A stretch of 63,866 nucleotides of DNA, filler included, from Reticulomyxa filosa (Eukaryota; Protista; Foraminifera), in the NCBI GenBank assembly GCA_000512085.1. It is 16 parts of 16 records of this genome, joined end to end, with 100 filler letters (N's around TTAATTAATTAA, not from the genome) between each part and the next. Parts side by side here need not be neighbours in the genome. Positions count along the whole stretch, not along the records: positions 36,760 to 38,103 come from ASPP01012735.1; positions 38,204 to 40,061 come from ASPP01028587.1; positions 40,162 to 41,652 come from ASPP01044923.1; positions 41,753 to 52,522 come from ASPP01002723.1; 12 more parts are not named here. The stretch is one strand, 5' to 3'. The notes beneath the pieces are model-generated. The model saw only the letters and a list, made by a program, of their open reading frames with translations, was not told the DNA's origin and ran no database searches. Positions 36,760 to 49,987 of this stretch are shown one piece after another (the stretch's first letter is position 1; each line of letters begins with the position of its first letter). Made by a program: the position numbers and the translations under genes.

Positions 36760-37980
36760 AAAGGGGTGGTGTGTGTGTCGGGGGTATCGCAGTTTGATGC
36801 CAACTCACCCTATATGCTGTGGCTTGCCAAGCTTTGCCGGCGGCTATTTGCACAACAGACGCTGCCTCGTGTGGTGCAGGCTGCCGACGTCGCTGCACTC
36901 GATCCGGAGTTGGCCGCAGAGTGGTCGCAGTGGTTGGGGGGGCCACTAGCCTGCTTTGTGTTACCTGCCGACGGGGATGTGCCGGGCTTGCTGTACCTGG
37001 TACAGATGGAGCCTGAGCAACCCACCGCCAGCGTACCGTTGCTTGAAGAGTGGTTTTCAACCTGGGCATATTGTTACAAGTCGGTTGCCACGCCTCGTCT
37101 GCACCTGCGGCATGTGTTGCGCCGGCGTTGGCAGCATTGGCACTGCCTTGGGGCCGAGCTGCCATGGTGGAAGCGCCGGCATTTTGTCATCGCGATGGCG
37201 CTGACTGCCTTGTTGCTGTTCCCGGTGCAACTGACGGTGTTGGCGCCGGCCGAAGTGGTGCCGGCCAGGCCGGTGATGGTGCGGGCGCCGCTGGAAGGCG
37301 TGATCAAGCAGTTTTTCGTACAACCGAATGCGCGCGTCAAGGCAGGGCAGCCTTTGTATGCGTACGATGATGAGGCGCTGCGTGCAAAACTGGACGTTGC
37401 CAGCCAGGCATTCCAGGCGGCCGAAAGCGAATATCGCCAGTATGCCCAGCTGGCTTTGAACGATCAGAAATCGAAAAACCAGATCGCTGCCTTGCAAGCC
37501 AAACTGAACGAAAAGCAGATCGAGCTCGACTACCTGCAAGGGCAACTGGCGCGTGCCACCGTGCTGGCCTCCGCTGACGGTGTGGCGGTAATCGACGAAC
37601 CCACCGAATGGATAGGCAAGCCGGTACAGGTTGGCGAGCGGGTGATGAAGCTGGCGCGCCCTGATGAGCTGGAGGTCGAAGCTTGGCTGTCGTTATCTGA
37701 CCGGCTGGATTTTGACCACGACGCGGCAGTGCGCTTTTATCGTGCCGCACAGCCGTTTGCGCCGCTGGATGCCCGTTTGCGTTACATCGCTTATGAGGCG
37801 CAGCCCAGGCCGGAGGGCCACTTTGCCTACCGCGCTCGCGCAGCGTTGCGCCAGCCCCCAGATACGGCGGTGCAGATCGGGCAGCGTGGTACCGCCAAGT
37901 TGTACGCCGGCTGGACCCCGATGATCTACTGGATCTTGCGTAAGCCCATTGCCACCGTACGCCAGTACCTGGCGATCTAG
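36760..37980 (+). CDS. Bacterial HlyD-family periplasmic adaptor (membrane fusion protein), 5' partial
   Basis: GC-rich and intronless. TM segment, lipoyl-like half motifs VRAPLEGVIKQFFVQPNARVKAGQPL and VLASADGVAV..WIGKPVQVGERVM, and a coiled-coil hairpin. Confidence 0.88.
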   Translation, partial: KGVVCVSGVSQFDANSPYMLWLAKLCRRLFAQQTLPRVVQAADVAALDPELAAEWSQWLGGPLACFVLPADGDVPGLLYLVQMEPEQPTASVPLLEEWFSTWAYCYKSVATPRLHLRHVLRRRWQHWHCLGAELPWWKRRHFVIAMALTALLLFPVQLTVLAPAEVVPARPVMVRAPLEGVIKQFFVQPNARVKAGQPLYAYDDEALRAKLDVASQAFQAAESEYRQYAQLALNDQKSKNQIAALQAKLNEKQIELDYLQGQLARATVLASADGVAVIDEPTEWIGKPVQVGERVMKLARPDELEVEAWLSLSDRLDFDHDAAVRFYRAAQPFAPLDARLRYIAYEAQPRPEGHFAYRARAALRQPPDTAVQIGQRGTAKLYAGWTPMIYWILRKPIATVRQYLAI

Positions 37981-37992
37981 GGCGCAGCTGCA

Positions 37993-38103
37993 ATGGACAT
38001 CAAGCTGGACCCTTTGCGTGAAGACCTGGAGTTGCTGACGGATGGCCGTCTGGCGAACGGCCAACCGGTCTGGAAACTGTTTGATCCGCTGAAAAACCGC
38101 TTT
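37993..38103 (+). CDS. Bacterial peptidase M50/HlyD-fusion-type protein, N-terminal fragment
   Basis: MDIKLDPLREDLELL..G..ANGQPVWKLFDPLKNRF begins 12 bp after the HlyD stop. It resembles the N-terminus of M50-containing proteins that follow such adaptors in proteobacterial secretion clusters. Confidence 0.6.
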
Positions 38104-38203
38104 NNNNNNNNNNNNNNNNNNNNNNNNNNNNNNNNNNNNNNNNNNNNTTAATTAATTAANNNNNNNNNNNNNNNNNNNNNNNNNNNNNNNNNNNNNNNNN
38201 NNN

Positions 38204-40061
38204 TCACTAAAAGACAAAATGTTGATAATTTGTGCATTAACCAGTCTCTTAGTTTACAAAAGTCTTGCGTCGTGCGTCATGGAAGCCAAATTCTTTGCAA
38301 CGAGTAATCCATTATAGGCTAGTACTTGCAGTACTTCCGCGTTGAGTGGTGACTGTAGTTCCTTCTTATGTGCTATTTTTGCAAGATAGTATTATGCTCT
38401 GCACTTGGTGTAATCGTATTCTTCTAACAAGTTTTGTTGCTAGTGTGTTCTTTTTAATCGTCTCTAGCCAGTTCGTTTTATTAATACAAAGCTTCTTGCG
38501 TACAGTGATGGTATTCCGGCTATTATTCGGACTACTGTTTTGAAAGAGGTTCGATATATACATAGTATTTTTATTAGTGTTTGTTGCTGCATACTATATA
38601 GTCTTTTTGATAATGTTTATGTATAGTATTGCTATGCTTCCGTATTCTATTACTAGCCTTATTACTGCTTTGTAATATTTTATTTGCATACTTATCTCTA
38701 GGTTGCGTCCTAGTATTACATTTATAATACTATGTGATATGATTGCTAGAGATTTTTGTACTCGGTTATCGACGTTGTACTTCCAGGTTCGTGTACGCAG
38801 GTTGAAGATTACGCAGATATATGTGAATTTTTGCTATATGTTTGTGATATCTATTGAGTTTTCGTGTTGTTTTAATCTCTGCTGTCGGTACATTGGTGCT
38901 ATGATACACTTATTTACATTTATATCCAGTTTTCACTTTTTGCAGTATGATATAATCGCGGTAAGTGTGTTGTCATTTTCTGTAGAGTCTTTCGTTATCA
39001 TTATTATATCGTCTGTATACAGTAGGCATGTTGGTGTGTCCATGTTGTATATTTTTGTTGGATTATTTGCTTGTTTGATAGTGTCCAAAATGTTGTTTAT
39101 ATATAAGCTGAATATTGGCCTTTATTCCTACTTTATGTATTTTATATAGTAGTCATTAGTGCCACACACTGTCGAAAGCCTTTTGCATGCCTAGTAGTTC
39201 TACTATGCATTATTCTTTTGCCACATGTTTCCTGTGATGATACATTACGCACATGTTTATGGTTTGGTCATCGGTACCTTTTCCTTGCATGAATCTTCCT
39301 TGATCTTAGTATATTACACTGTTTAGTTTTGGTTGAATCCGGTTTAGTATTGCTTTATCTATTGCTGTTAGCACTTCTGTTTTAATCCTTATTCCGTTTA
39401 TGTCTGTATTATGTCTTTTTTTGTAGGCTGATCACTTTTAACAACAGTAGTTTCTTTGTTAATGTTCGATCTTTACACAATGCATTTATTGTCATTGTCA
39501 TTTCACCAGTTATTGTTTTTATCCATGTGCTAATTAATTCGTTTGGAATTTCATCGAGAAAAACTGATTTTCTGCTTGGCATATTTTTTGCTACTGTTAT
39601 AATTTCTTCTTATGTGAATGGCGAGTCAAAGCAGTTCTCGTGCGACAAATGTGTGTTCTGCAGTGCATGTTGCAAGTATCGCTCTATATCACATGTCCAA
39701 TTGCTGTCGTTTCTTTTTGCTTCAAATAGCTGTTTGTAGTGCATTCATAGTACTATACATTTTTCATTGTCCTGATTTATTACTCTTTCTGTCTTGTTGT
39801 GAATTGTTATTTGTTTGATTGGTTGTAGTTTTTGGGTGATATTATAGAAACTTTTGTCGTCCCTTTTATTGGCTGTTTCTTGCATTGTAAGTATCATTTT
39901 TCTGATTTCACTCTCAAATAGTTCGTATCTTTGCCTGAGATTCGTTATTAATGATCGTATTAATTATTCTTTGTAGTTTGTCGTCGTTGTGTTCATTGTC
40001 CATATGTCATTTTGCGGTGTTTTGTATGTGTTCCACATGAACTCCTCATAGACTATTTATG
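38204..40061 (-). mobile_element. Decayed non-LTR (LINE-like) retrotransposon reverse-transcriptase region
   Basis: Minus-strand motifs in RT order: QGRFMQGKGTDDQ, LLGMQKAFDSVWH (~39160-39195), CLLYTDDII (~39005-39028) and INVNKC. Many stops and frameshifts. Confidence 0.85.
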
Positions 40062-40161
40062 NNNNNNNNNNNNNNNNNNNNNNNNNNNNNNNNNNNNNNN
40101 NNNNNTTAATTAATTAANNNNNNNNNNNNNNNNNNNNNNNNNNNNNNNNNNNNNNNNNNNN

Positions 40162-40564
40162 TATATAATAGATCTTATTGGATGAAGAATCAATTGAAAT
40201 GGATGCACCGGATATCAATGGCCGAACTCCAATGATGCTGGCGGCTTTATCTGCCTCGGTCCCATGTATAGATTTGCTGGCACGTAGTGGTGCACGTTTG
40301 GACGCGGTGGACAAACAAAACAACTCGTTGCTGGTCTATGGGGTGGAAAGTGGGTCCATTGAGGTTGTCAAATATTTGATGCAGCGGTTCAAATATCCCA
40401 AATCAGTAGTGCGGCAAGCTCGCACCATTGCCCAATCACGTGGGTTTTTGCCTTTATTAGAACTGCTGGAAGTCAATGATGAAGATGGAAATGAAACACC
40501 TGAGATGGAACAATACAACCATGAAAAAGATTTCAAAAATAATAAGAAAATTGTTCATTCATAG
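40162..40564 (+). CDS. Ankyrin-repeat protein, C-terminal fragment
   Basis: DINGRTPMMLAA..ASVPCIDLLARSGARLDAVDKQNNSLLVYGVESGSIEVVKYLM gives two ankyrin repeats. Confidence 0.85.
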
Positions 40565-43150
40565 AACAATTGCCTTCCCACTTCTTTTTGATTTCAAAAA
40601 AAAAAAAAAACATCAACAACAAGAAATAAAAACAATTGTAAACACTGGTTCTTGGGTTTTTGTTTTGATTTTGATTTTTTTTATTTATTTATTTCTTTGT
40701 TGTTGATTAAGTCAAATTAATTTTTTGTTTTTTTTTTAGCAGTATTTTTTTTTGGATTTTGTTTTGCCTTTTTTTTTCCTCACCAGATGAATCAACTAAT
40801 ATCAATTTTTGTTACCCCAAACAAGAAACCAGGATCTATGATTTTCGTGTTTGAAAGCAAAAAATTTGTGAAAATTTTAAATTCAAGAGATAAAATCATC
40901 AATACGACTATTCTACTCACAAAAAACTATAAGCAAACACGATCACAAATCTGATCATTTGTCGGTTTCTGTGCTAAATAGCAAGTGCACTCATGAAAAT
41001 GAGGAGGAAGCATAGAACAAAAATGAAAATCAGATGAGTGTATTTACCAATAAAGACCACACGTCAATTGGAGATTATAACACTTGACGCAAAGAAAAAC
41101 AGACTGGATGATAATTATTGCGTCACATTATACAAATGAAAAAGCATCAGTACTGCTATTTATTTGGACAAACATATCAACTAAATGTGCTGGGTTGCGC
41201 TACCCTCGCTTAGTTGACAACACAAACGGTGATTTTGAAATTTGTAATGTTGAGGTTTGGCTTGTAGAATGATATCGTATTTCGTAGTAAACTCTTTTTT
41301 TCCGCTTCTGTTATAACAAAATGTTTTGGCTTGTTATGTTTATTATCAACCCGCTTTGTTTGAATGTTTCAATTCGTGTATTTTTTTCTTAGTACATTTG
41401 CTGCAGTATCATGCATCGTTTTAATCCAAAATTTCCTCTTCAGTGAAAGAGAAATACAAGAGGACAGCATGACCGGCTTTGCTGCTACTTCGGTCTTCTT
41501 CGTCTCCACTACTATTTTTTTTTATAGGAGGGAAAGCTGTCTCATGACGACGTCTCTTTTTCGAATACAGCTGTCTTCATTATATGCATTACACTCCAGA
41601 AAATGCATCAAAAAGCGAAAGCTACGTTCGATCATCCCAACGCTCCGCCCATNNNNNNNNNNNNNNNNNNNNNNNNNNNNNNNNNNNNNNNNNNNNTTAA
41701 TTAATTAANNNNNNNNNNNNNNNNNNNNNNNNNNNNNNNNNNNNNNNNNNNNAAATTTTATTCTTTCGTTTGATTTGGTAAAATTTCTTAAAAAAAATTG
41801 ACAATAGTGTTTTTCTCGTAGTCATGAAATTTGACAATCTTTTTAAACAATTTTTGAGATTTTCCTTTTTTGGGTGTTCGATATTGATTTTTATCATTTT
41901 AATTATTTTGTTACCGAAATATTGATCGACATTTTGCTATTTTTGTTAGAATGGGAAAACATATCAATGGTTTTGTGAAAGGTCGTGCTGTCGAAAAGAT
42001 ATGAAATGAGTCAAGCTATCGTAAAGTGGCCAAAAAATTTAAAGTTTGCCATGAGTGTGTTAGGAAATGGTTTTTAACTTTTAAAAAAGATAGTAGAATT
42101 TTAAAAAAACAACGCACTGGACGTCCGCCAAATAAATAAATGTTTAAATCATTGTAATAATCTACTTTTGGTTAAAATTGTTCAATAATCTAAAAAATAT
42201 TCATAATGAAGTTTTTTCATTACCTTCTAAGTTGTGTTTAAATTAAATATTGAATTTGTAATCTTCGTTTTGTAAGAGTGTTGAAGAAAAGTTTATGATC
42301 TGTACAATACTCGCTATCAATCACTTTAATGGATGTTTGATCAAATGAGTGCTAATAAGTTATTTTGGTTTAAATGATATATTGAACTAACTAAATTAAG
42401 GTGATTGATTTAGCGCAATATAACGTAATACATTTGAACATACTTTCTAAACAAGGACAATAGCAAATAACAGAGATGTAAAATACTGAATGTGAAGTAA
42501 TGCAAAAGTTTTAATAATGTGACACTTCATCTACAATTTTTGCACATGATTAACATAATGAATTAGATCTATTCTAGTTTGGCACAAAAAAATACAGTAT
42601 TTGATATTAAGAATCTCCAATAAAAGAATGCTGATTAAAAAATAATCTTAGTGTGAATGAGATCTGCAATAAATTTATCCAAAATAGTAGCAAAAACATA
42701 GAAAGCAGAAGAAAACAAAAGTGGAACAAAAATACGATTTTTTCATTTGACATGCCACCCCCCTTGCTAAGACCCTACATGTGCGAACTTTCAAAAATAT
42801 TTTTATGAACATTTTTTCTTTTATTTACATGCATAACACAAGATCAATCAAACAAAAGGTATTATTGCAGACATTAGACCAAAACACTTTTGGGAGTCTT
42901 TTCAGTTGGATCTTGATCAAAAATGTCGATTTGAATCTTTGTCCAAAAAAAAAACCCCTCAGTTCACAAATATCGTAAATTTGTTATATAACTGATGAAA
43001 ACGCAGCGTTTTTTCCAAAAAAATATATGAAATTAATAATACTAACACTAAATATATTATTATCTCTAAGCAGTCATGGTTATTTGTAAGTATTTAAGAT
43101 GGACAATAACAACAAAAAGAAAAAAATAGTTATCATATTTGCAAGTTTTA

Positions 43151-44320
43151 TCATTTCCAAATGCATATGTTATTGACATTCAAATCTGATATAATTGCAT
43201 TTCCAGTAGGTGAGACATCAATACAATTCGAATAAGAAGTATTTCCTTCTAATTTATCTATTTCATTTCCTGAACTTACGTCCCAAATACGAATTGTCTT
43301 ATCATTGGAACAAGACACAATTGTTTGATCATCTGGAAAATATTTCACTTGATTTATAACATTCGTGTGTCCTTTTAATATTTTCAATTGACTCCCTGAC
43401 TCCACATCCCATATTCGGATTGTTTTATCACATGAACATGAAATACAAATTGATCTTTTGAGAAAAATTTGCACACATTACAGAACCCGAATGTCCTGTT
43501 AATTCTTTTAATCTTTTACCTGATTTTACATTCCAAATACCAATTGTCTTATCATTCGATGCTGACACAATCTTTTGACAATCAGATGAAAATTGTACAG
43601 TCCATACACCATCTGAATGACCTTCTAGTGTTTGAGTCAGTTTTCCTGAATTTGCTTCCCATATTTGTATCATTTTATCGTATGAACCTGATACAATATA
43701 TCTTCCATCTGGAGAAAAATTTACATTTAATACAAAGCTTAAATGTTCCAATTTCATTACTTCTCGTCCTGATTCTACATCCCATAATCGAATTGTTTTA
43801 TCATAAGAACATGAAACAATTGTATATCCATCTGGTGAAAATGTTACGCTAATGACATAATCGGAATGTCCTTTACAACTACGAATTGGTTTTCTGGATA
43901 TAAAATCCCATATTATAATTGTTTTATCTTCTGAAACTGATGCAATCTTTTGGCCATCACATGAAAATTTTATACTCCTTATTGCATGGTTATGACCTTG
44001 TAAAATTTGTAACAATTTGAAATACTTAATCTGTATTGTTGAATATAATTGATAATTAGTAACAGATTTTTAAAAAATACAAAACAAATAACACAACATA
44101 ATTGGCCACAATTTTGTCAAAATTATGGATCCACCCAATATCAATACGTATCATTCGACGCCAATTTTGGACTATCGTCGACACTTCTTGTTCTGACTTT
44201 GTTTTTGTTAAACGATTTTAATACATAAAATTATAGCTTGGCTTTGACTTTAATTGAAAGGGTAAATAAAGTTACCAATCGTGGTATTGTATTTGCTTTT
44301 TGCTTACTATTAGTATTCAT
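43151..44320 (-). CDS. WD40-repeat protein (7 repeats) with an N-terminal 'LGWI' box exon; frameshift near 43450
   Basis: Exon 1 44320-44276 (MNTNSKQKANTIPRL), intron, exon 2 44196-44098 (SEQEVSTIVQNWRRMIRIDIGWIHNFDKIVANY), intron 44097-44031, exon 3 IKYFKLLQILQGH... with seven GH-WD repeats. Confidence 0.85.
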
Positions 44321-47300
44321 CACTGTTACTATTTTTCTTTGTCTAAAAAGAAAGACAACGGATTTGAACTTTTGAATATCTCGTCTAAAAAAAGACTACA
44401 GGTTTGGTAAAAAAAATTGTTTTGTTTATCATTTGCTGTATAGCAACAAAGCGAGGATTATTCAAATATTCCAAAATTTAAAACAAAACAAAGTTTTATC
44501 CATATCTTTTGAATATTTACAATTATCGATTATCTTTGAAACTCTAAAAACGAATGCTTGCACCTTGTGACGAAAAGCAAATGATATTGTGACGATTATA
44601 GTAATGATGTTGTGAAAATTTTACACAATACACAAAAGATGGATGTCGATTAAATAATTGAATTTATTCATTAGTCTCTATCTATATTCCATACACGAAC
44701 TATTTTATCATTTGATCCAGAACAAATGAACTGATCTTTGACGACGAAAGAAAAATGGAACTTTTTTAATCAAAGGGTTTTCAAAGACATGAAGACAAGA
44801 ACAACTTGCTCGAAATTGATATAGGATGTATATTACAAGTTAGTTCATAGTTCAAAGTTTTTTAACAAAAACTTGGGATTAGATCAGACTGTTGCATTTC
44901 GTAAGATGGCCACTCGTTTCGCTAAAATATATGCAAGGGCGACAAAGTTATACTACGCAATATTATGTAGGAGTTAATTTTTTTAAACATAAATTGAAAC
45001 AATTTTTTTTTCCATTTCAAGAAAATAAAATAATTGTTTTAAATTTGTTTTCTCAAACCTTTCATACTCTATATCAGAATATAATGGCCCGATATTGAGT
45101 GTTTTCAATGCAAAACTTAAGTTATTATATATTTGATTTCTTTATTTTCAAGAAAGATAGCATCTTATTGGTTTTAGTCAAAATTTTTCCATTTCATTCA
45201 CAAATGAAACGAATTTAAAAACATGATTGCTTGAAAAAAAGATTTTTACACAATTTCTTTAATAAAAAAAATAGCCAATGATACAATAAGTTTAATAAAT
45301 GTCAATATTGTTTGAAAAATTATGGATAATATCTAAATTTAAGATCTTTTGTCTGTTTTGTAGCTATGCAATACATTTACATAAATTACTTTAAATTACA
45401 AAAAACTCTTTTATATATTTCAATATCTCAGGGAAAGCTCATCAAGATATCAAGATGGTCATTGAAGTGTGGATAATCTGAAAATAATGGAAGTATTACA
45501 TGAGCATATGCAACATAAAACTATAATTGAATCTTCTCATAATTAAAATCTACCATAGAGAGCTCAAGATAAGCACAAGAGAACTACGTATTTTGATCTT
45601 AAAATGCATCTTATGTGTTGATATTGTATCAACTGTTGTACAACTATATCATCTTATGATACAAAGCAAGTAAGACTCAAAGGAGAAAATAATTGACCGT
45701 TGATTTTGTGTATTTTACCTTTTATGTAAATCAATTACCCAAAAAATTAAAATAATTCATCATATGTTGAGATTTTGCGTTATATAGTAATAATTCTTGG
45801 CAAAGATTAGTGTTGTGCTTAACTCGGTTGAATATTTCATTTTTTTTTCCCACCCTTTTTAAAAAATCTTGCATATAAGCTTTAACGTTTACACTTTGGC
45901 TAGGCACTAGAAACAGATAAAGAACTTGAGCAGTTGGAGTTTAATGTGGGGGCGTGATGTCTCCAGATCAGTCTTTTGATTACGCCGAGGCAAGTTAGAA
46001 ACATATGTTTACCTTAGCATTGAAAAAAAAAGTATTTAGCAAAACAATAAAAATTAAAAAAATAGAAGCGAATTGCAATGTATTGGACAATTACAATCGA
46101 TTTCAAATTTTTTTGGTGATATTTAGCGGCTTTCTACTATCGAATGCGATAACAAAACTCAGGAGATGGCCGCACGATGATATACATGCTACGAATAGTT
46201 ACAAAAGCACACTGGCTCCAGTTGCGCTGGCCTTTGGTATTTCTTTTGGTTAAGAAAGCCGTAACAGCATTTGCAATTTTCTTGCAGCTATTGTTTTCTT
46301 ATGGACTATTTCATCAGCAACAAGGACAAATATGAATAAAGTCTTCTATATCTGCATGAGCATTGTAGTGTCTGTTGTTTTAAACTAATCTTTCTGTCAT
46401 GAAGTTTACTGCTGGTTGTGCATTTGCAAAATCTGTCAACAATTTTTTTTTGTACGTTCTTTCTATTTCGCTTTTTCAAAGTCACAATTTCTTCCATTGC
46501 TTTAGTTTGCTTGGCAGATAGCATTTTTATTAAAAATAATATTACGCGCTGTATAAGTATGTATAAAATATACATAAACTTATAAATCATATACATTACA
46601 TATAATGTACATATATGTATGTATATAATAGTGGATGCATCTACACTCAATCGGTATAAGCAAGAAAAGGAATGAAGACGAAATATTGTATATTAAAATG
46701 CGATTTGGAAATTGAGAAAGAAAAGAGAGAAGTCTACTCCAGTTTTGCTACCACTGTTTATATTTAATGGAAAAAAAGGTTGCTATAAACAACAAATTAA
46801 CACGTAACATTTTCTGTCTAACTCCAACACTTGGTTAAGTGTTTTTTAATTATCAGCTTGCATACAAAAAACTCTAATAACTCGGTTTACAAGTTGTGGC
46901 CTTTTTCTTATTATCGGGAAAATAATATCAAGGCCAAAGAAATGAAAACACTGAAAATGGTCTTATTATTACTAATTTCACTTCACTTAAACATAATATA
47001 CAAACAAGAAATATGTATCTTTGAAGATCTTTCAAACTGTAAATATTATTCTTATTACATTATCAAAAACCTCTCAAATTTGTTTAATCTTATTCAAAGA
47101 CATTAAACTATTTGGTTATTGGTAATAAGATGCTTGGACACGATAATGTACAAGTTTTTCCAATGTTGGAAACTATTGCTTGAAGAAACAAGACTATTGG
47201 ATGCGAAATCAAGAAAATACAGAAATTGAGATCACGTTCAATAATGATTAGATAATGTACATAATCAAGGATCACATCAGAGCAAAATAAACAACTGTAA

Positions 47301-47349
47301 ACTTCTCGTAGTTTTTTTTTTGAAGAAAGGAAGAAGAAGGGATCTACTA

Positions 47350-48245
47350 ATGGGTAATAAGACCTCCAAAAACTCACCAAAAAAACGAAGAAAGAGAGAT
47401 TTTCCTCTAACTTTGCAAGAATGGTCAACAGGTTGGAAATTGACAGAAGAACATAAAGTTGTTTTGGAAGAAATTTTTTCTTGTTACAGTTTGCAAGACG
47501 TAATAGAGATTGTTTTTTCTTTTGTTGGACAATATGAGGATTGTAAAACGTATTATCGTTTAATTCGCCCAAACCTGTGTGATTTAAATAAGGACAATAC
47601 TCTTTCAACATCATTTTATATATCTCCAGAATGGCTTAAGTTAATGTTGTGTGTATATGTTATGATGATGTGTACACATACACAATAGTATCAAAATAAT
47701 GATAAATAATAATGAATAGATCTGAATATAAAATAACAATTTTTGGAGCTGTATGTTCAGGTCGATCTAGTTTGAGAATTCGAACGACTATTAATAAATT
47801 TATTGAGGAATATGATCCAACAATTGAAATGATCTATCAAAAGAAAATTCAATTGAATGATGAACATAGTTGTGTAATAAATTTTTTTGAACAACGTGGA
47901 CAAGAAGAATTTATGGGATTGTTAGCAGCATATTCACGTAATACTGATTGTGTAATTATTGCATATGATGTAAATGAACAATCTTATCGTGCAAAAGAAA
48001 TAATTGATCATTATTTATCAATTGCTCGACGTGGTAACGAAGATATTACAGTTATAATTATTGGTACAAAAGTAGATTTAAGAAATAAACCTTTAGATTA
48101 CACTCCATATATTAATTCTGTTGTTGAATACTGTAAACAACATAATTTATGTTATATTGAAACTTCATCTAAAGAAAATATTAATGTTGATTTTTTATTT
48201 CAATATGTTGTTTATAATATTTGGTTTGATTCTTTTCAAGAATAA
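47350..48245 (+). CDS. Divergent Ras-family GTPase with N-terminal extension and no CAAX
   Basis: Exon 1 47350-47639, intron 47640-47719. G1 GAVCSGRSS, effector loop FIEEYDPTIE, G3 EQRG, G4 TKVD, G5 ETSSK. Starts MGNKTS followed by KKRRKR. Confidence 0.85.
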
Positions 48246-48766
48246 TTGATTAATTTCAAAATTTTGTTTCACAATCACCAAATTTAATTTTAATATTCTA
48301 ATCCAATGTGCAATAACGATTTTGGTTTTTTTTGACCGATTTAATCACAATCGCATATCTTAAAGAGAGACAACTTTCTCAAAGATCAATAATAAACTGA
48401 AGTTTACAATAGTGGTGTTGAATTTTTTTCATTAATTAAAGTACCCATTCATTTAGCACTCTTTTGATATTGAGTTACAATCAGCCGCAAAAAAAAAAGC
48501 CACTATAACGATTTTTGCATGGTTTTCTACACTTTTATTAAAAACCAGAGCATTTTTAGATTCTACATGATGTCTAGATATCACTTAAAAAAAAGATTTT
48601 GAAAACTTTTAATTTTTCATGAATAAAATTGCAAATGTTTATAGAGGGTCTTTTTTAGGTAGATTGTACCTTTTAATTTTTATTAAAACTAATTTTTGTT
48701 TGAATAATATCTTTTTTTTTTAAAAGGGTCACAGTACATTCACCTTTTTTTAAAAACTTGAACAAC

Positions 48767-49987
48767 ATGGGTAATAAAAATACGACCCTCTTTCAAAATT
48801 TGAACGATTTACCTGCTACACTTTCTTCCGCTCAATATGTGCCACACAAACACGAACTCCTCATTTGTGGAAGTGTAACTAATAGATCTTGTTATTCTTA
48901 TCATACACTCAAAAACGAATACAAGTTTATCTGTGAGTATCCAAGCCATGTTCAATTAGTTGGATACTGTGTAGTGAAACTGGCAGACAACAAAGATAGC
49001 AATCAAATCACTTTGTTGTCTTTTGGTGGAGATAAAAATTTAAGACATACACTGGTGATGAAATATGTAAGTATTTGGAGTAATATATCAAACAAATCAA
49101 ATGAATTAAACAATTACAATCAATGGATTCCTTTCACAGACAATCACAATCATCCAATTATCATTGGAAAAGATCAACATAGCTATTATCATGGAATGCG
49201 TGCAGTGATTGGTGGAAAAATAATAATTTGTTATTTATGACTTATTATCCAAAGAATATTATCGTGTTTGATTTAAATACATTTCAATTTATTAATCATA
49301 ATACTTTACCAACTGATGATTATATTCGTCATCATTGCTTTGTATCAAATTCAGAAAAGGGAAAAGCACAAAAAAATGATGAAAACAAATCCAAAAAATA
49401 AACAAAGTTATCAAATGCTGTTGTTTTGTAAAAAGACAGGATTATCAATTGAATATAACGAAGATAACAACGCTTTTCAATTTCATCAATTACATGTTTG
49501 TGATGATATTGCACCATTCAATAGATATGCATATGTGCGTATCAACGATATTATCTTGTTCTTTGGTGGGTATTGGAATGATAGTAAGCTGATTGTTTCA
49601 AAATCAGTGTATAAGTATTCAATTCGAGAAAACAAATGGACGACATTTCAAAATACTTTACCCAGTCCATTATATGAATGTGTTGCAATATTGAGAGAAG
49701 ACGATAATTATATTCATATCATTGGAGGAAGAGATGATAAAAATGCAATTGTATCAACTCACATGAAGACTGCAGTGCGTGTATGGGATCCTTCACAGTT
49801 GGTAATATTTATTTATTTATTTTGATAAAACCAAATAAGTTATATTGAATAAATAGCAAATAATAAACAGTCAAAAAACGAAATCAAATTTATTAATCAA
49901 TACTGGATTCGAACTTTAGAGATAAAATTAGGATGGATCGATGATTTTGATCAAATTATTTTTAAATACAGAAAAAATAAAGTTTAA
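48767..49987 (+). CDS. Kelch-like beta-propeller protein with a C-terminal 'LGWI' box exon (two homopolymer frameshifts; possibly pseudogene)
   Basis: MGNKNTT start; GG-containing blades (LLSFGG, AVIGG, LFFGGY..VYKYSIRENKW, IHIIGG). Intron 49802-49870; last exon SKNEIKFINQYWIRTLEIKLGWIDDFDQIIFKYRKNKV*. Confidence 0.8.

Noticed and set aside
36704-38064. Several long antisense/overlapping ORFs in the bacterial contig
   Set aside because: Expected from high GC content; no recognisable motifs.
34309-40564. IDO, Kelch, exportin, HlyD, RT and ankyrin genes as one gene cluster or retron/DGR-like system
   Set aside because: They lie on four separate contigs. The RT is a decayed LINE type with no template repeat or msr/msd seen.
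41084-41272. Possible TLDc-domain C-terminus (FEICNVEVW)
   Set aside because: Only a short motif with no supporting upstream domain sequence.
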